In this document: positions 27,927 through 37,220 of the stretch, one piece after another
Layout: the number at the start of each line of letters is the position of its first letter
How positions within the stretch are numbered: the first letter of the stretch is position 1
Source of the DNA: Bacillota bacterium
Lineage (GTDB): Bacteria; Bacillota_I; Bacilli_A; RF39; UBA660
NCBI GenBank assembly: GCA_003524085.1
Contig: DOEC01000006.1
Location: 1,146-65,145, forward strand
Length of the DNA stretch: 64,000 bases
Direction of reading: 5' to 3'
Made by a program: the position numbers and the translations under genes
The notes under the pieces: generated by a model
What the model saw: only the letters and a program-made list of their open reading frames with translations
What the model was told of the DNA's origin: nothing
The model's database searches: none

Positions 27927-29083
27927 ACTATGAAAATATTTTAAGTAAGTACTCTACTCCACTTTTTATCTATGACTGTGATAAGTTAGAACAAAGAGTT
28001 AATTACTTAAAAAATATGTTAGATACTGATTTATGTTATGCAATTAAAGCTAACTCATTTGTTATAAAAGAAATTGAACCATTAGTATCAAGAATTGAAA
28101 TATGTTCTTATGGAGAATACATGATATGTAAAGATAATGGTGTTAAAAATGATAAGATGGTATTAAGTGGGGTTAATAAAAACTATGATGAGTTTGAAAA
28201 AATTATAAAAGAAGAAAATAATATATTAAGATACACCATTGAAAGTATTACTCAGTTTAATATGTTAAAAGAGTTATCTAGTAAATATAAGAAGAATATT
28301 AATATACTACCTAGAATTACAAGTGGTAACCAGTTTGGAATTACAAAAGAAGAACTATATTATATAATAGAGAACTTAACAGAATTTATGACTTTAACAG
28401 GTATAGAATTCTTTAGTGGAACACAAAAACACAGTATTAAGAGAATTGTTAATGAGTTTACTCTAGTTAATGAGATATTTGATTATATAGAAAACACTTA
28501 TAAACTAACTGATTTAGAGTTAGAGTATGGTCCTGGGTTACCTGTTTACTATTTTGAAGAAGAGAGTTTTAATGAAGAAGAATTTTTAAATGAAGTTAAA
28601 AACAATATTCATACATTCTTTAAAGGTAGAAAAGTTATTCTTGAAATTGGAAGAAGTTTAGTAGCAAATTGTGGTGAATATATTACTAAAGTTGTTGATT
28701 TAAAAGAAAATAAGACTGGAAAATACGCTATTATTGATGGTGGAATTAATCATTTAGTATATTATGGTGGCACGATGGGAATGATGAGACCAAAGTTTGA
28801 AATACTAAACAAAAGTAATACCAAAGAAAATATATACAACATATTTGGGTCTCTTTGCACTATTAACGATATAATTGTTAAGAATGTAAGCTTGCCTGAG
28901 TTAGAAATAAATGATACATTTGTGTTTAAGAATACTGGAGCTTATTCAGTAACTGAAGGAATTAACCTATTTTTAAGTAGAGATATGCCTAAAGTGTTAC
29001 TGCTAAAAAATAAGAATGTGTTATTAGTAAGGGACAACATTAACACATATAAGCTAAATAGTCCTAATTATGGAGGTAAATAA
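27923..29083 (+). CDS. PLP-dependent fold-type III decarboxylase (Orn/DAP/Arg decarboxylase family 2, LysA-like)
   Basis: The PLP-lysine motif is YAIKANSF. An EIGRSLVANCGEY (EPGR) block, a DGG motif and a C-terminal GAYS block are also present. Confidence 0.75.
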   Translation: MNYENILSKYSTPLFIYDCDKLEQRVNYLKNMLDTDLCYAIKANSFVIKEIEPLVSRIEICSYGEYMICKDNGVKNDKMVLSGVNKNYDEFEKIIKEENNILRYTIESITQFNMLKELSSKYKKNINILPRITSGNQFGITKEELYYIIENLTEFMTLTGIEFFSGTQKHSIKRIVNEFTLVNEIFDYIENTYKLTDLELEYGPGLPVYYFEEESFNEEEFLNEVKNNIHTFFKGRKVILEIGRSLVANCGEYITKVVDLKENKTGKYAIIDGGINHLVYYGGTMGMMRPKFEILNKSNTKENIYNIFGSLCTINDIIVKNVSLPELEINDTFVFKNTGAYSVTEGINLFLSRDMPKVLLLKNKNVLLVRDNINTYKLNSPNYGGK

Positions 29084-29084
29084 A

Positions 29085-29315
29085 ATGGAAAAATTATTAG
29101 AAATATTAGAGGAAATCAAGCCTGGTGTAGACTATGAAAATATTGATACTTTAATTAATGACCACTACTTAGATTCACTTTCTATACTTTCTTTAATAAG
29201 TGAACTAGAAGATGAATTTGATATTGTTATACCAACAGTTGAAATAATACCAGATAACTTTAATTCAGTTAAAAGTATGATGGCTCTAATTAACAAATTA
29301 AAAGAGGAAGATTAA
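29085..29315 (+). CDS. Carrier protein (DltC/ACP-like, phosphopantetheine attachment site)
   Basis: The attachment motif is LDSLSILSLISELE and the protein is about 77 aa. An RBS GGAGG lies 8 nt before the ATG. Confidence 0.75.
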   Translation: MEKLLEILEEIKPGVDYENIDTLINDHYLDSLSILSLISELEDEFDIVIPTVEIIPDNFNSVKSMMALINKLKEED

Positions 29316-29317
29316 TT

Positions 29318-30883
29318 ATGCAATATAGTGAGTTATCTTACTTTCTTTTTTTACCTTTAGTAATGTTACTTTACACTTTTACTCCTAAGAAATTTAGATA
29401 CATTACTTTACTAGTAGCAAGTTTATTCTTCTTTTATACATTAAGTGGAAAATTATTAATTTATGTCGTATATAGTACTCTTATAATGTACTTTGCTTCT
29501 TTATTAATTGACCACTTTAATGAGTTAGAAGATAATATAAACGAAGAAATGCCTAAAGAAGAAAAGAAAGCTTTAAAATTAAAATATAACAAATATAAAA
29601 AAATAACTTTAGTAATTAGTATACTCTTGCTTTTGTCTACACTACTACTAACTAAATATTTGAACTTCTTTATTACAGTAATAAATGATGTATTTAAAAG
29701 TGGTTTATCTTTAACACGTATTCTAGCGCCTATTGGAATTAGTTTTTATACTTTTGAAGTATTGTCTTATTTAATAGATATATATCATAAAAAATATAAA
29801 GCTAATAAAAATATTTTGAAATGTGCCTTGTATATAGTGTTCTTCCCAACTTTAATGGAAGGACCAATTGCAAGGTATGAACAAATTAAAGATAGTTTAT
29901 TTAGTGGAGAAACAATTAATTATACTAATATGTGTTTTGCTCTTCAAAGAATAGTATATGGTCTTGGTAAAAAGCTTATTATTGCAGACAGATTAAATCC
30001 TATAGTAAAAATGATATTTAATAATTATAGTAACTATAATGGTGGAGTTGTTTTATTAGGTGGAATACTTTATACCATTCAGTTATATATGGACTTTTCT
30101 GGAATTATGGACATTGTAATTGGTAGTGGGCAGATATTTAATATTAAATTACCTGAAAACTTTAAACAACCATTTTTTTCTAAAAATATAAGTGATTTTT
30201 GGTCTAGGTGGCATATCACTCTTGGAACGTTTTTTAAAGACTATATCTTCTACCCTATTTCATTATCTAGAATTTCTAGAAATATTACTAAAATCCTAAG
30301 AAAAAAACTTGGTAGTCATTTTGGACCTTTAGTAAGTGGTTCAATTGCTTTATTAGCAGTTTGGCTAAGTAATGGTTTATGGCATGGAGCAGGATACCAA
30401 TACATCTTATTTGGAATGTATCACTTTGTACTAATCTTACTTGGTAATATATGTATGCCATTAATTAATAGATTTTATGATAAGACAAAAATAAATAAAG
30501 AAAGTGTTTTTGTTAAGTGTTTTAGCATTTTAAGAACTACTATATTAGTAATATTTGGAGAAATAATATTTAGATCAAACTCTGTAAAAGATGCATTATC
30601 TATGATTAAAAGAATATTTACTAACTTTAGTTTTGATATAGTTAAACCTTTAAATAAGATAGGACTAGACATATACGATATGATTATTATTTTAGTTACT
30701 CTTATTGTTATAGTGGTTATTAGTATTTTAAAAGAAAAGAATATTAACGTTAGAGAAATTATTAGTAAAAAGCCTATCTATATTAGATGGATAATCTATT
30801 ATGCTCTTATATTATATGTTTTAATCTTTGGTGCTTATTTGGGTCCATATATTCCGGTTGACCCAATGTATGCTAATTTTTAG
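29318..30883 (+). CDS. MBOAT-family membrane O-acyltransferase (DltB/AlgI-like)
   Basis: It is a polytopic 521-aa protein with a conserved His-containing MBOAT core (WSRWHITL, WHGAG). Confidence 0.8.
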   Translation: MQYSELSYFLFLPLVMLLYTFTPKKFRYITLLVASLFFFYTLSGKLLIYVVYSTLIMYFASLLIDHFNELEDNINEEMPKEEKKALKLKYNKYKKITLVISILLLLSTLLLTKYLNFFITVINDVFKSGLSLTRILAPIGISFYTFEVLSYLIDIYHKKYKANKNILKCALYIVFFPTLMEGPIARYEQIKDSLFSGETINYTNMCFALQRIVYGLGKKLIIADRLNPIVKMIFNNYSNYNGGVVLLGGILYTIQLYMDFSGIMDIVIGSGQIFNIKLPENFKQPFFSKNISDFWSRWHITLGTFFKDYIFYPISLSRISRNITKILRKKLGSHFGPLVSGSIALLAVWLSNGLWHGAGYQYILFGMYHFVLILLGNICMPLINRFYDKTKINKESVFVKCFSILRTTILVIFGEIIFRSNSVKDALSMIKRIFTNFSFDIVKPLNKIGLDIYDMIIILVTLIVIVVISILKEKNINVREIISKKPIYIRWIIYYALILYVLIFGAYLGPYIPVDPMYANF

Positions 30884-30894
30884 GAGGTAATGTT

Positions 30895-31818
30895 ATGAAA
30901 AATATATTAAAATCCACATTATTTTTAAGTATACTTTTAGTTATCATTATATATATGGGAAAAATCTTTACTCCTAAAGATAACACTTTAGAAAGTGGGA
31001 TGAATGAAGTAAGAGCTAATGGAATACTTGGAGAAAAAGATGATATTGATGTTATTATAATTGGAGACTCTTTAACATACAGTTCATTTATACCAATTGA
31101 GATGTATAAAGAATACGGGTTTACTTCATATGTAATGGGTACTCATGCACAAAGAAGTCATGATACTTATAAGTTACTTAAGAATGCTCTTAATTATCAA
31201 AAACCTAAAGTTGTAGTACTTGAAACTAATCTTTTATTTAGAAAATATAGTTTTAATAGAGATATGCTTAGTAAGCTTGAAACAATACTACCTTTCTTTG
31301 ATTATCATAATAGATGGAAAAATCTAAGTTTTAAAGATTTTACTAGTGAAATTAATTATACTTACACTGACCCGACTAAAGGATATATGTTAAAGAAAAG
31401 TGTTAAAAGTGGAAAGACTTATAATTATATGAAAAAAGATAGTAAAGTTACTCATATAGTTAATAGAAATTATGTTTATTTAGAGAAAATAAAAAAGTTA
31501 TGCAGTGAAAATAATATCAAGCTAATTTTGGTAAGCGCATCAAGTGAAAGGAATTATAACTTTAGTAAACATGAAAGTATTGAAAAATATGCAACCAAGA
31601 ATAAAATAGACTATATTGATTTAAACTTAGAAGATGTTAAAATTGACTGGGAAAAAGATACTACTGATAAAGGAGATCATTTGAATTATTTGGGAGCTTT
31701 AAAAGAAAGCAAGTTTTTTGGTAATATTTTAAAAGATAGGTATAATCTGGTAGATAAAAGAGGTACACTAGAAAGTTGGGATAAACTAGAAATGGTGTAC
31801 AATAAAAAAGCTAGATAG
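30895..31818 (+). CDS. Extracytoplasmic SGNH/GDSL-like protein (DltD/AlgJ-like partner of the MBOAT)
   Basis: It has a signal-anchor N-terminus and GDSL block I (VIIIGDSLTYSS). Confidence 0.6.
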   Translation: MKNILKSTLFLSILLVIIIYMGKIFTPKDNTLESGMNEVRANGILGEKDDIDVIIIGDSLTYSSFIPIEMYKEYGFTSYVMGTHAQRSHDTYKLLKNALNYQKPKVVVLETNLLFRKYSFNRDMLSKLETILPFFDYHNRWKNLSFKDFTSEINYTYTDPTKGYMLKKSVKSGKTYNYMKKDSKVTHIVNRNYVYLEKIKKLCSENNIKLILVSASSERNYNFSKHESIEKYATKNKIDYIDLNLEDVKIDWEKDTTDKGDHLNYLGALKESKFFGNILKDRYNLVDKRGTLESWDKLEMVYNKKAR

Positions 31819-32170
31819 TATAACATACTACACTAGCTACTGCATAAACTTCATCATGCGTAATTGAAAGGCTAAATTTTAGTCTTTCTTTTTTTATGTA
31901 TTCACTTAGTTTTCCATAGAAATTAAAGTAAGGCATGCCATTATTATGTAACACTTCTATATCAAGGATACTATATACGCTTAAATTTACTCCTAAGCTT
32001 TTTAAAAGAGCTTCTTTGGCAGCGAATACTCCCGCCTTTGTTTCTATGCTTTTATGACTAGCAAAATACTCTAATTCACTACTTGTAAACACACTACTTA
32101 ATTTTTTTATTTTGTTTATACTTTCAACCCTGACTATATCTATTCCATTAGTTATCATTTTTTTCCTCAA
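31811..32170 (-). CDS. acpS: Holo-[acyl-carrier-protein] synthase (4'-phosphopantetheinyl transferase)
   Basis: The GIDIVRV and FAAKEALLKSLG motifs are present and the protein is about 119 aa. Confidence 0.85.
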   Translation of the reverse strand: MRKKMITNGIDIVRVESINKIKKLSSVFTSSELEYFASHKSIETKAGVFAAKEALLKSLGVNLSVYSILDIEVLHNNGMPYFNFYGKLSEYIKKERLKFSLSITHDEVYAVASVVCYTI

Positions 32171-34127
32171 GAGTACTTTCTTTTTGCGCTACTTTTTTAA
32201 AGTAGTCTGTTTTTAATGTTAAATCATTCTTCTTTATTAATTCACTTATATAGTGGTTCATGTTTTCTAAGTCAGTTATATTTATCCATTTACCATTAGT
32301 TACTTCTCCACCCTCAACATAAACTTTTCCGTTATACCAAGAGTAATCACTAAAGAATACGTATCCATTATAATTTTTAGATAGAGCATTAGTACCTATA
32401 TAATTATTAGAATTATAGTCTATCCCATATAAATTAAGTATTGTTGGAAGTATATTTAACTGACTTGTTACATCAGTAACTGTCTTTTTACTCTTACCAT
32501 CATATATAAAGAATGGTGTATGATTTATCAAGTTATTTGATGTTTCCTTGTATTTATCTAGTATAGTTTGGTCACTTAATGTATATAAGTAATGATCAGT
32601 AAATACGACTATTGCTGTGTTAGACATAAGATTTTTTTCTTCAAGTTTATTTAGAAGAAGTTCTACCATATAGTCTGTTTCTTTTGCTTGTCTTAAAGCA
32701 CATTCTTCTTCTGTTAATGTAGGTAATTTATAGTCTTTTGGAAGTTTGTCAACATTCAAGTTTTCTAAAGCATCTAATTCTACTAATCTTTTACATACAC
32801 CTTTTTCAGTACTAAATGGTAAGTGACTACTATAAGTAATGATATAGTCTACAAATTTTTTTTCACTAAACATTCTATTACTAAAGTCCTCATTTAAAAT
32901 TAGTTCTCTATCTAACTCATATTCTTTATTTTTATACTCATACATATCAACTAGACCATAATAGTTATCATATCCCCAGTTTTTATAGTTAACTCCCCTA
33001 CTATAGAATTCGCTTGTATTCATGTGAAATGCATTAACCGAATAGCCTAAGTTCTTAAATAGTTTTGACAAAGTATAAGGAAATGTGTTTTTACTAAATG
33101 AATAAGCGTTTTGTGTATAACTTAGTGGTGTTATAAAACCAGTATTAACAGCAAATTCACTATTAAAAGTACTTCCTCCACCATTATAATATGAGTAATG
33201 ATTTTTAAAGTTTATTCCTTTATTCATTAGTTTATATAAAGTTGGAGTGTTTTCTTTAGTTAACATCCACGAGTCTACACCTTCTAATTGAAGTATTATT
33301 AAGTTTTTGTCTTTTAATAAACCAGTGTACCTATCTGTAGTTTTTTCATCTTCCATGTTATAAATACCATCTAAAAATGACATTTCTTCTTCGCTAGTTG
33401 TTTTTTTAGGTTTTAAGAATGTTACATAAAAATTTCTTACATTGTATTCATAAAATCCACTTATTCTCATACTTTTATTGTTATCATTAAAGCTTATGTA
33501 AATGTTTCTAGGATTACGCCAGGTTGACCAAGTAAGTTCTTTGTCAGATTTTCCGTACACTAGTGGTGTAAGAGTGTGTCCTACTAAGAAGATTACTAAA
33601 ATTACTGCTAGTTTTTTATATCTATTTTTTTCTACTTTTGGATAAAATTTAAATAAGTATATAGTTAAAGATAATATTAAAAGCATAAGTATGTAAACCC
33701 ATATGTTACAGTTAATAATCGCATCCATGAAGTAGCCTGAGCCTTCTCCTGCAAGTAATACTAGAGAAAAATCAAAGAATGTATCTGTCATACTATAGTA
33801 GACATTGTTTACTGTAAACAAGGCAAAACTAAGGATAAAAAATACTACGTATATAGATTTACCTATTTTTCCCTTAAATGAAGTACTAAGTCCAATTATT
33901 AGAGTTACCCATAATAAAGTAAATAAATTTGGGGCTAATCTATATATGCCATAAAAGTTTATTTTATATCCTAAAATTCTTGTAAACAAGTCCATCAATA
34001 TAAATGGAATACTTATTAATATTATACTTTTATTTCTTATAAAAAAGGCGATTATCTTTTTAAATATGTTATCTTTTTCTTTTATATTTTTCTTTTTTTC
34101 TTTCACATCTTTTTTCATTTTAATCAC
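32148..34127 (-). CDS. LtaS-like lipoteichoic acid synthase family protein (5-TM N-terminus plus extracellular sulfatase/alkaline phosphatase-like domain)
   Basis: It has an N-terminal polytopic segment followed by a large extracytoplasmic domain. Its size is 659 aa. Confidence 0.75.
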   Translation of the reverse strand: MIKMKKDVKEKKKNIKEKDNIFKKIIAFFIRNKSIILISIPFILMDLFTRILGYKINFYGIYRLAPNLFTLLWVTLIIGLSTSFKGKIGKSIYVVFFILSFALFTVNNVYYSMTDTFFDFSLVLLAGEGSGYFMDAIINCNIWVYILMLLILSLTIYLFKFYPKVEKNRYKKLAVILVIFLVGHTLTPLVYGKSDKELTWSTWRNPRNIYISFNDNNKSMRISGFYEYNVRNFYVTFLKPKKTTSEEEMSFLDGIYNMEDEKTTDRYTGLLKDKNLIILQLEGVDSWMLTKENTPTLYKLMNKGINFKNHYSYYNGGGSTFNSEFAVNTGFITPLSYTQNAYSFSKNTFPYTLSKLFKNLGYSVNAFHMNTSEFYSRGVNYKNWGYDNYYGLVDMYEYKNKEYELDRELILNEDFSNRMFSEKKFVDYIITYSSHLPFSTEKGVCKRLVELDALENLNVDKLPKDYKLPTLTEEECALRQAKETDYMVELLLNKLEEKNLMSNTAIVVFTDHYLYTLSDQTILDKYKETSNNLINHTPFFIYDGKSKKTVTDVTSQLNILPTILNLYGIDYNSNNYIGTNALSKNYNGYVFFSDYSWYNGKVYVEGGEVTNGKWINITDLENMNHYISELIKKNDLTLKTDYFKKVAQKESTLEEKNDN

Positions 34128-34252
34128 GTATATATTGTACCAAATATCTTACTGTTTGTCTAGATGGTCTTAACATATTTAAATATAACTAGTATTATTT
34201 TTTTCTAAATAAAAAGAAAAAACTTTAGTTAATTTTTATTTACTTTTAATAA

Positions 34253-34570
34253 TTATTTGACTAACTTTATATCAATTATATCTTTAATGTCTATTACTTC
34301 GTTGTTTATTGTTAATAATTTAGTTTTATCCCTAGCTATTAAAGTGCAAGATTTGTCTCCATTTTTTGTGGTTACACACACATTTACTTTATATATAAAG
34401 TTGTTACTTGAAAATATATCGTTAATCTTTTTTCTTATTAGTATTTCTTTCATGTTATCATCTATTATTTTTGTTTCATTTAAATTATCTTTTCCATAGT
34501 AAAATTCTTCATTGTTTTTTATTATTCCAGTATTTTTATTTACAAATATATTAGGTAGTTTTTTATTCAT
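34253..34570 (-). CDS. Hypothetical small protein
   Basis: ORF only. Confidence 0.35.
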   Translation of the reverse strand: MNKKLPNIFVNKNTGIIKNNEEFYYGKDNLNETKIIDDNMKEILIRKKINDIFSSNNFIYKVNVCVTTKNGDKSCTLIARDKTKLLTINNEVIDIKDIIDIKLVK

Positions 34571-34625
34571 AGTTTCCCCCTAGTAAAGTGTATGATTATT
34601 TTTTTATTTAATTCCATAATTTAGC

Positions 34626-34656
34626 AGTTGACTATACAAACAAAGACGTGTTATAC
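34626..34656 (+). promoter_or_regulatory. Sigma-A-type promoter of the Y-family polymerase operon (TTGACT-N17-TATACT)
   Basis: The hexamers were read directly. The spacer and downstream region contain AACA/TGTT inverted repeats but no canonical Cheo box. Confidence 0.45.
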
Positions 34657-34684
34657 TTAATGCGAACAAAGGATGGTGTTTGTC

Positions 34685-35929
34685 ATGGAAGAAAGAAATA
34701 TTTTATGTATTGATTTAAAGAGTTTTTTTGCTTCAGTTGAATGTATTGAAAGAAATTTAGACCCGTTTACTACTCCCTTAATTGTTGCTGATCCATCTAG
34801 AAAAGGTGGGGCGATTACTCTTGCAGTTACTCCATATATGAAAACTCTTGGTGTACCTTCTCGTGGAAGAGTTTTTGAGATACCTAAAGGAATTAAATAT
34901 ATTACAGCTACTCCTAGAATGAGTTTGTATGTTAAGAAAAGTAAAGAAGTTATTAATTGTTTTTTAGATTTTGTAAGTAAAGAAGATATGCATGTGTACT
35001 CTATAGACGAAGCGTTTTTAGATGTTACTGATTATTTAAAGTTATATAAGATGGATGATGTTACTTTAGCTAAAAACATAATGGCTAGAATTAAAGAGAA
35101 GACAGGACTTACTAGTACGTGTGGAATTGGGCCCAACTTACTTCTTGCTAAGGTTGCACTTGATATTGAGAGTAAACATAGTCCTGACTTTATCGCTAAG
35201 TGGACTTATGAAGATGTGAAGACTAAGTTATGGAATATAACACCATTAGACGAGATGTGGGGAATTGGATCTAAAACTATGAAAAAACTAAATGATCTAG
35301 GAATATATAAGGTTGGAGATATTAATAAGTATGGTAAAGAGTTTTATAAGAAAAGATTTGGTGTGTTAGGCGAAGAGTTGTATTTGCACGCGAATGGGAT
35401 AGATTATAGTAATATTAAAAATGATAGATATGAAGTTAAAAATAAAAGTTATGGACTTAGTCAGATATTATATAAAGATTATACTCCTAGTGAAGTTATT
35501 TTAATTGTTAAAGAGATGTGTGAGACCGCTACTAAAAGACTTAGAAGTAATAAAAAAGCATGCGAAGTAGTTGGTTTTGGTATTGGATACTCTAGAAGTG
35601 TTGGTGGTGGGTTTTATCATTCTAAGAAGTTATCTTCTCCTACTGATAAAGATAGCGTTATTTATGAAGTGTGCAAAAGTATACTTGATGCGTATATTGA
35701 AGAACTTCCTATTAGAAAGGTAAGTATTTCTCTTGGTAAATTAAGTGATAATAATTATGTACAGTTAAATTTATTTGATACAAACGAAGAAAGTTATGAT
35801 GAGACTATGAAAACAATTGACGAGATAACTAAGAGATTTGGGGATAATGCTATTTTAAAAGCGTCTAGTTTACTTGATTATAGTACAATTAAAATGCGTA
35901 ATAAGAAGATGGGTGGACATAATAAGTAA
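34685..35929 (+). CDS. Y-family DNA polymerase (UmuC/DinB-like, YqjW/UvrX-type)
   Basis: The N-terminus ILCIDLKSFFASVE is a palm-domain motif. The start chosen has an AAGGATGG RBS. Confidence 0.85.
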   Translation: MEERNILCIDLKSFFASVECIERNLDPFTTPLIVADPSRKGGAITLAVTPYMKTLGVPSRGRVFEIPKGIKYITATPRMSLYVKKSKEVINCFLDFVSKEDMHVYSIDEAFLDVTDYLKLYKMDDVTLAKNIMARIKEKTGLTSTCGIGPNLLLAKVALDIESKHSPDFIAKWTYEDVKTKLWNITPLDEMWGIGSKTMKKLNDLGIYKVGDINKYGKEFYKKRFGVLGEELYLHANGIDYSNIKNDRYEVKNKSYGLSQILYKDYTPSEVILIVKEMCETATKRLRSNKKACEVVGFGIGYSRSVGGGFYHSKKLSSPTDKDSVIYEVCKSILDAYIEELPIRKVSISLGKLSDNNYVQLNLFDTNEESYDETMKTIDEITKRFGDNAILKASSLLDYSTIKMRNKKMGGHNK

Positions 35930-35939
35930 TGGTGATATT

Positions 35940-36245
35940 ATGTATAGAAAAATGATTAAATGGAAACCATTTAATACCTTACTTAAGTATAAAGATATTT
36001 TAGAAATTGATAAAAATAGACAGTTAGTTGATAAGCCTGTTATTATGGAAGACAGGATATATGAAATTAATGATGTGTTAAAGAGTGTGAATTCTTCTAC
36101 TTTAGTTAGAGTAAAATATTTTAATAAAGGAATGCTATTATATAAAGAAGGATATGTTAGTAAAATTGATACAATAGAAAAATATATTCTAATAGATAGA
36201 TTTAGAATATATTTTAGGGAACTTATTAAAATTGAAGTTATTTAG
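35940..36245 (+). CDS. YolD-like protein (UmuD-like accessory partner of Firmicutes Y-family polymerases)
   Basis: It is small (about 100 aa), has an MIKWKPF-type N-terminus and lies immediately downstream of the polymerase. Confidence 0.55.
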   Translation: MYRKMIKWKPFNTLLKYKDILEIDKNRQLVDKPVIMEDRIYEINDVLKSVNSSTLVRVKYFNKGMLLYKEGYVSKIDTIEKYILIDRFRIYFRELIKIEVI

Positions 36246-36759
36246 TTAATGAATGTACGACCATGTTGTCTTGATATTCTACTAAGTCTGGATATATTTT
36301 AAATAGAGTGTCTAAATCTTTCTTCTCTACTACTCTGTGTCCTAGAGTGTTAAAGTGAGTGGGATTTCCCATTACTGCTAGTGAAGTATCTATTACTACT
36401 TTCTTGTTATTAAGTACTGTTTCTACTACCCAGTGGCCGCCGAAAGAGCTACCCTCCGTACCTTTGAAGTGTGGGTTTACTACGTACACGGCTTCACTAT
36501 ATATTCCAAGTTTATCTAGTAAAAGAACAAGTTCATATGAACAGGTTTTGCATCTTCCACCAGTTAAGCCTAGTCTAAAAAGGTCAATAAATGCAAGAGG
36601 GCCATACCCAGTTATTCTAATTGGTGTTTTGTCTTTTGAAATTATATCCCATAAAAGCTCGTCAAACTCAGTTAGTTTGTTTTTACTATAAAGTTCATTA
36701 AATACTTTTTTAAATTCTTTATTGTTTCTTAATAACTCTTCTCTAAATACATTTTTCAT
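36238..36759 (-). CDS. Hypothetical protein with conserved Cys/His (possible Cys-His hydrolase fold)
   Basis: ORF only. The GRCKTCSY and GGHWVVE elements are noted. Confidence 0.35.
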   Translation of the reverse strand: MKNVFREELLRNNKEFKKVFNELYSKNKLTEFDELLWDIISKDKTPIRITGYGPLAFIDLFRLGLTGGRCKTCSYELVLLLDKLGIYSEAVYVVNPHFKGTEGSSFGGHWVVETVLNNKKVVIDTSLAVMGNPTHFNTLGHRVVEKKDLDTLFKIYPDLVEYQDNMVVHSLTK

Positions 36760-36793
36760 TTGTTTTCTCCTAGAAATATTGTATCAATAAATT

Positions 36794-37102
36794 CTATAGT
36801 TTTAAAGTCTTTTCTTTACCTTTAATGATAATGTTGTTATTTTGTGTAAATGACATGTCATATTCCTTAAAGTTTATCTTATCTAAAATTTGTTTTGGAA
36901 TTTTTATTTTGTTACCTACTTTTTCAACACTATAAGTATTTGCTAGTATTATTCTATAAACTTTTCTATTTTGACTAGTCATACTTAAATTTATGTTTTG
37001 TTTTAAGTTTGAAAGGATAAGAGTGTTTTCGTCTATCAAAGTAATGGATGTGAAATTTAAGTTTTCTGGTATTATCAAAAAATTATTTTTTATTTCAAAC
37101 AT
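36794..37102 (-). CDS. Hypothetical protein
   Basis: ORF only. Confidence 0.3.
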   Translation of the reverse strand: MFEIKNNFLIIPENLNFTSITLIDENTLILSNLKQNINLSMTSQNRKVYRIILANTYSVEKVGNKIKIPKQILDKINFKEYDMSFTQNNNIIIKGKEKTLKL

Positions 37103-37220
37103 AATGTAGCCCCCTTAATTACTATAATTATACCATATTTGGTACTGTTTTGTCAAAAATTTGTGCTTTTATTTTTTAGGGTTAATTGATATAATTATAA
37201 TAGGTAAAGGTAGGGATTAT

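Noticed and set aside
27923-29083. Considered as alanine racemase supplying D-Ala to a dlt operon, given the same fold and similar length.
   Set aside because: The motifs (YAIKANSF, EIGRSLVA, GAYS) match the Orn/DAP decarboxylase family and lack the alanine racemase KANAYGHG block.
34663-34682. Considered GAAC...GTTT near the polymerase RBS as a Cheo-type LexA box.
   Set aside because: The spacing is 10 nt, not 4, and it does not match GAAC-N4-GTTC.
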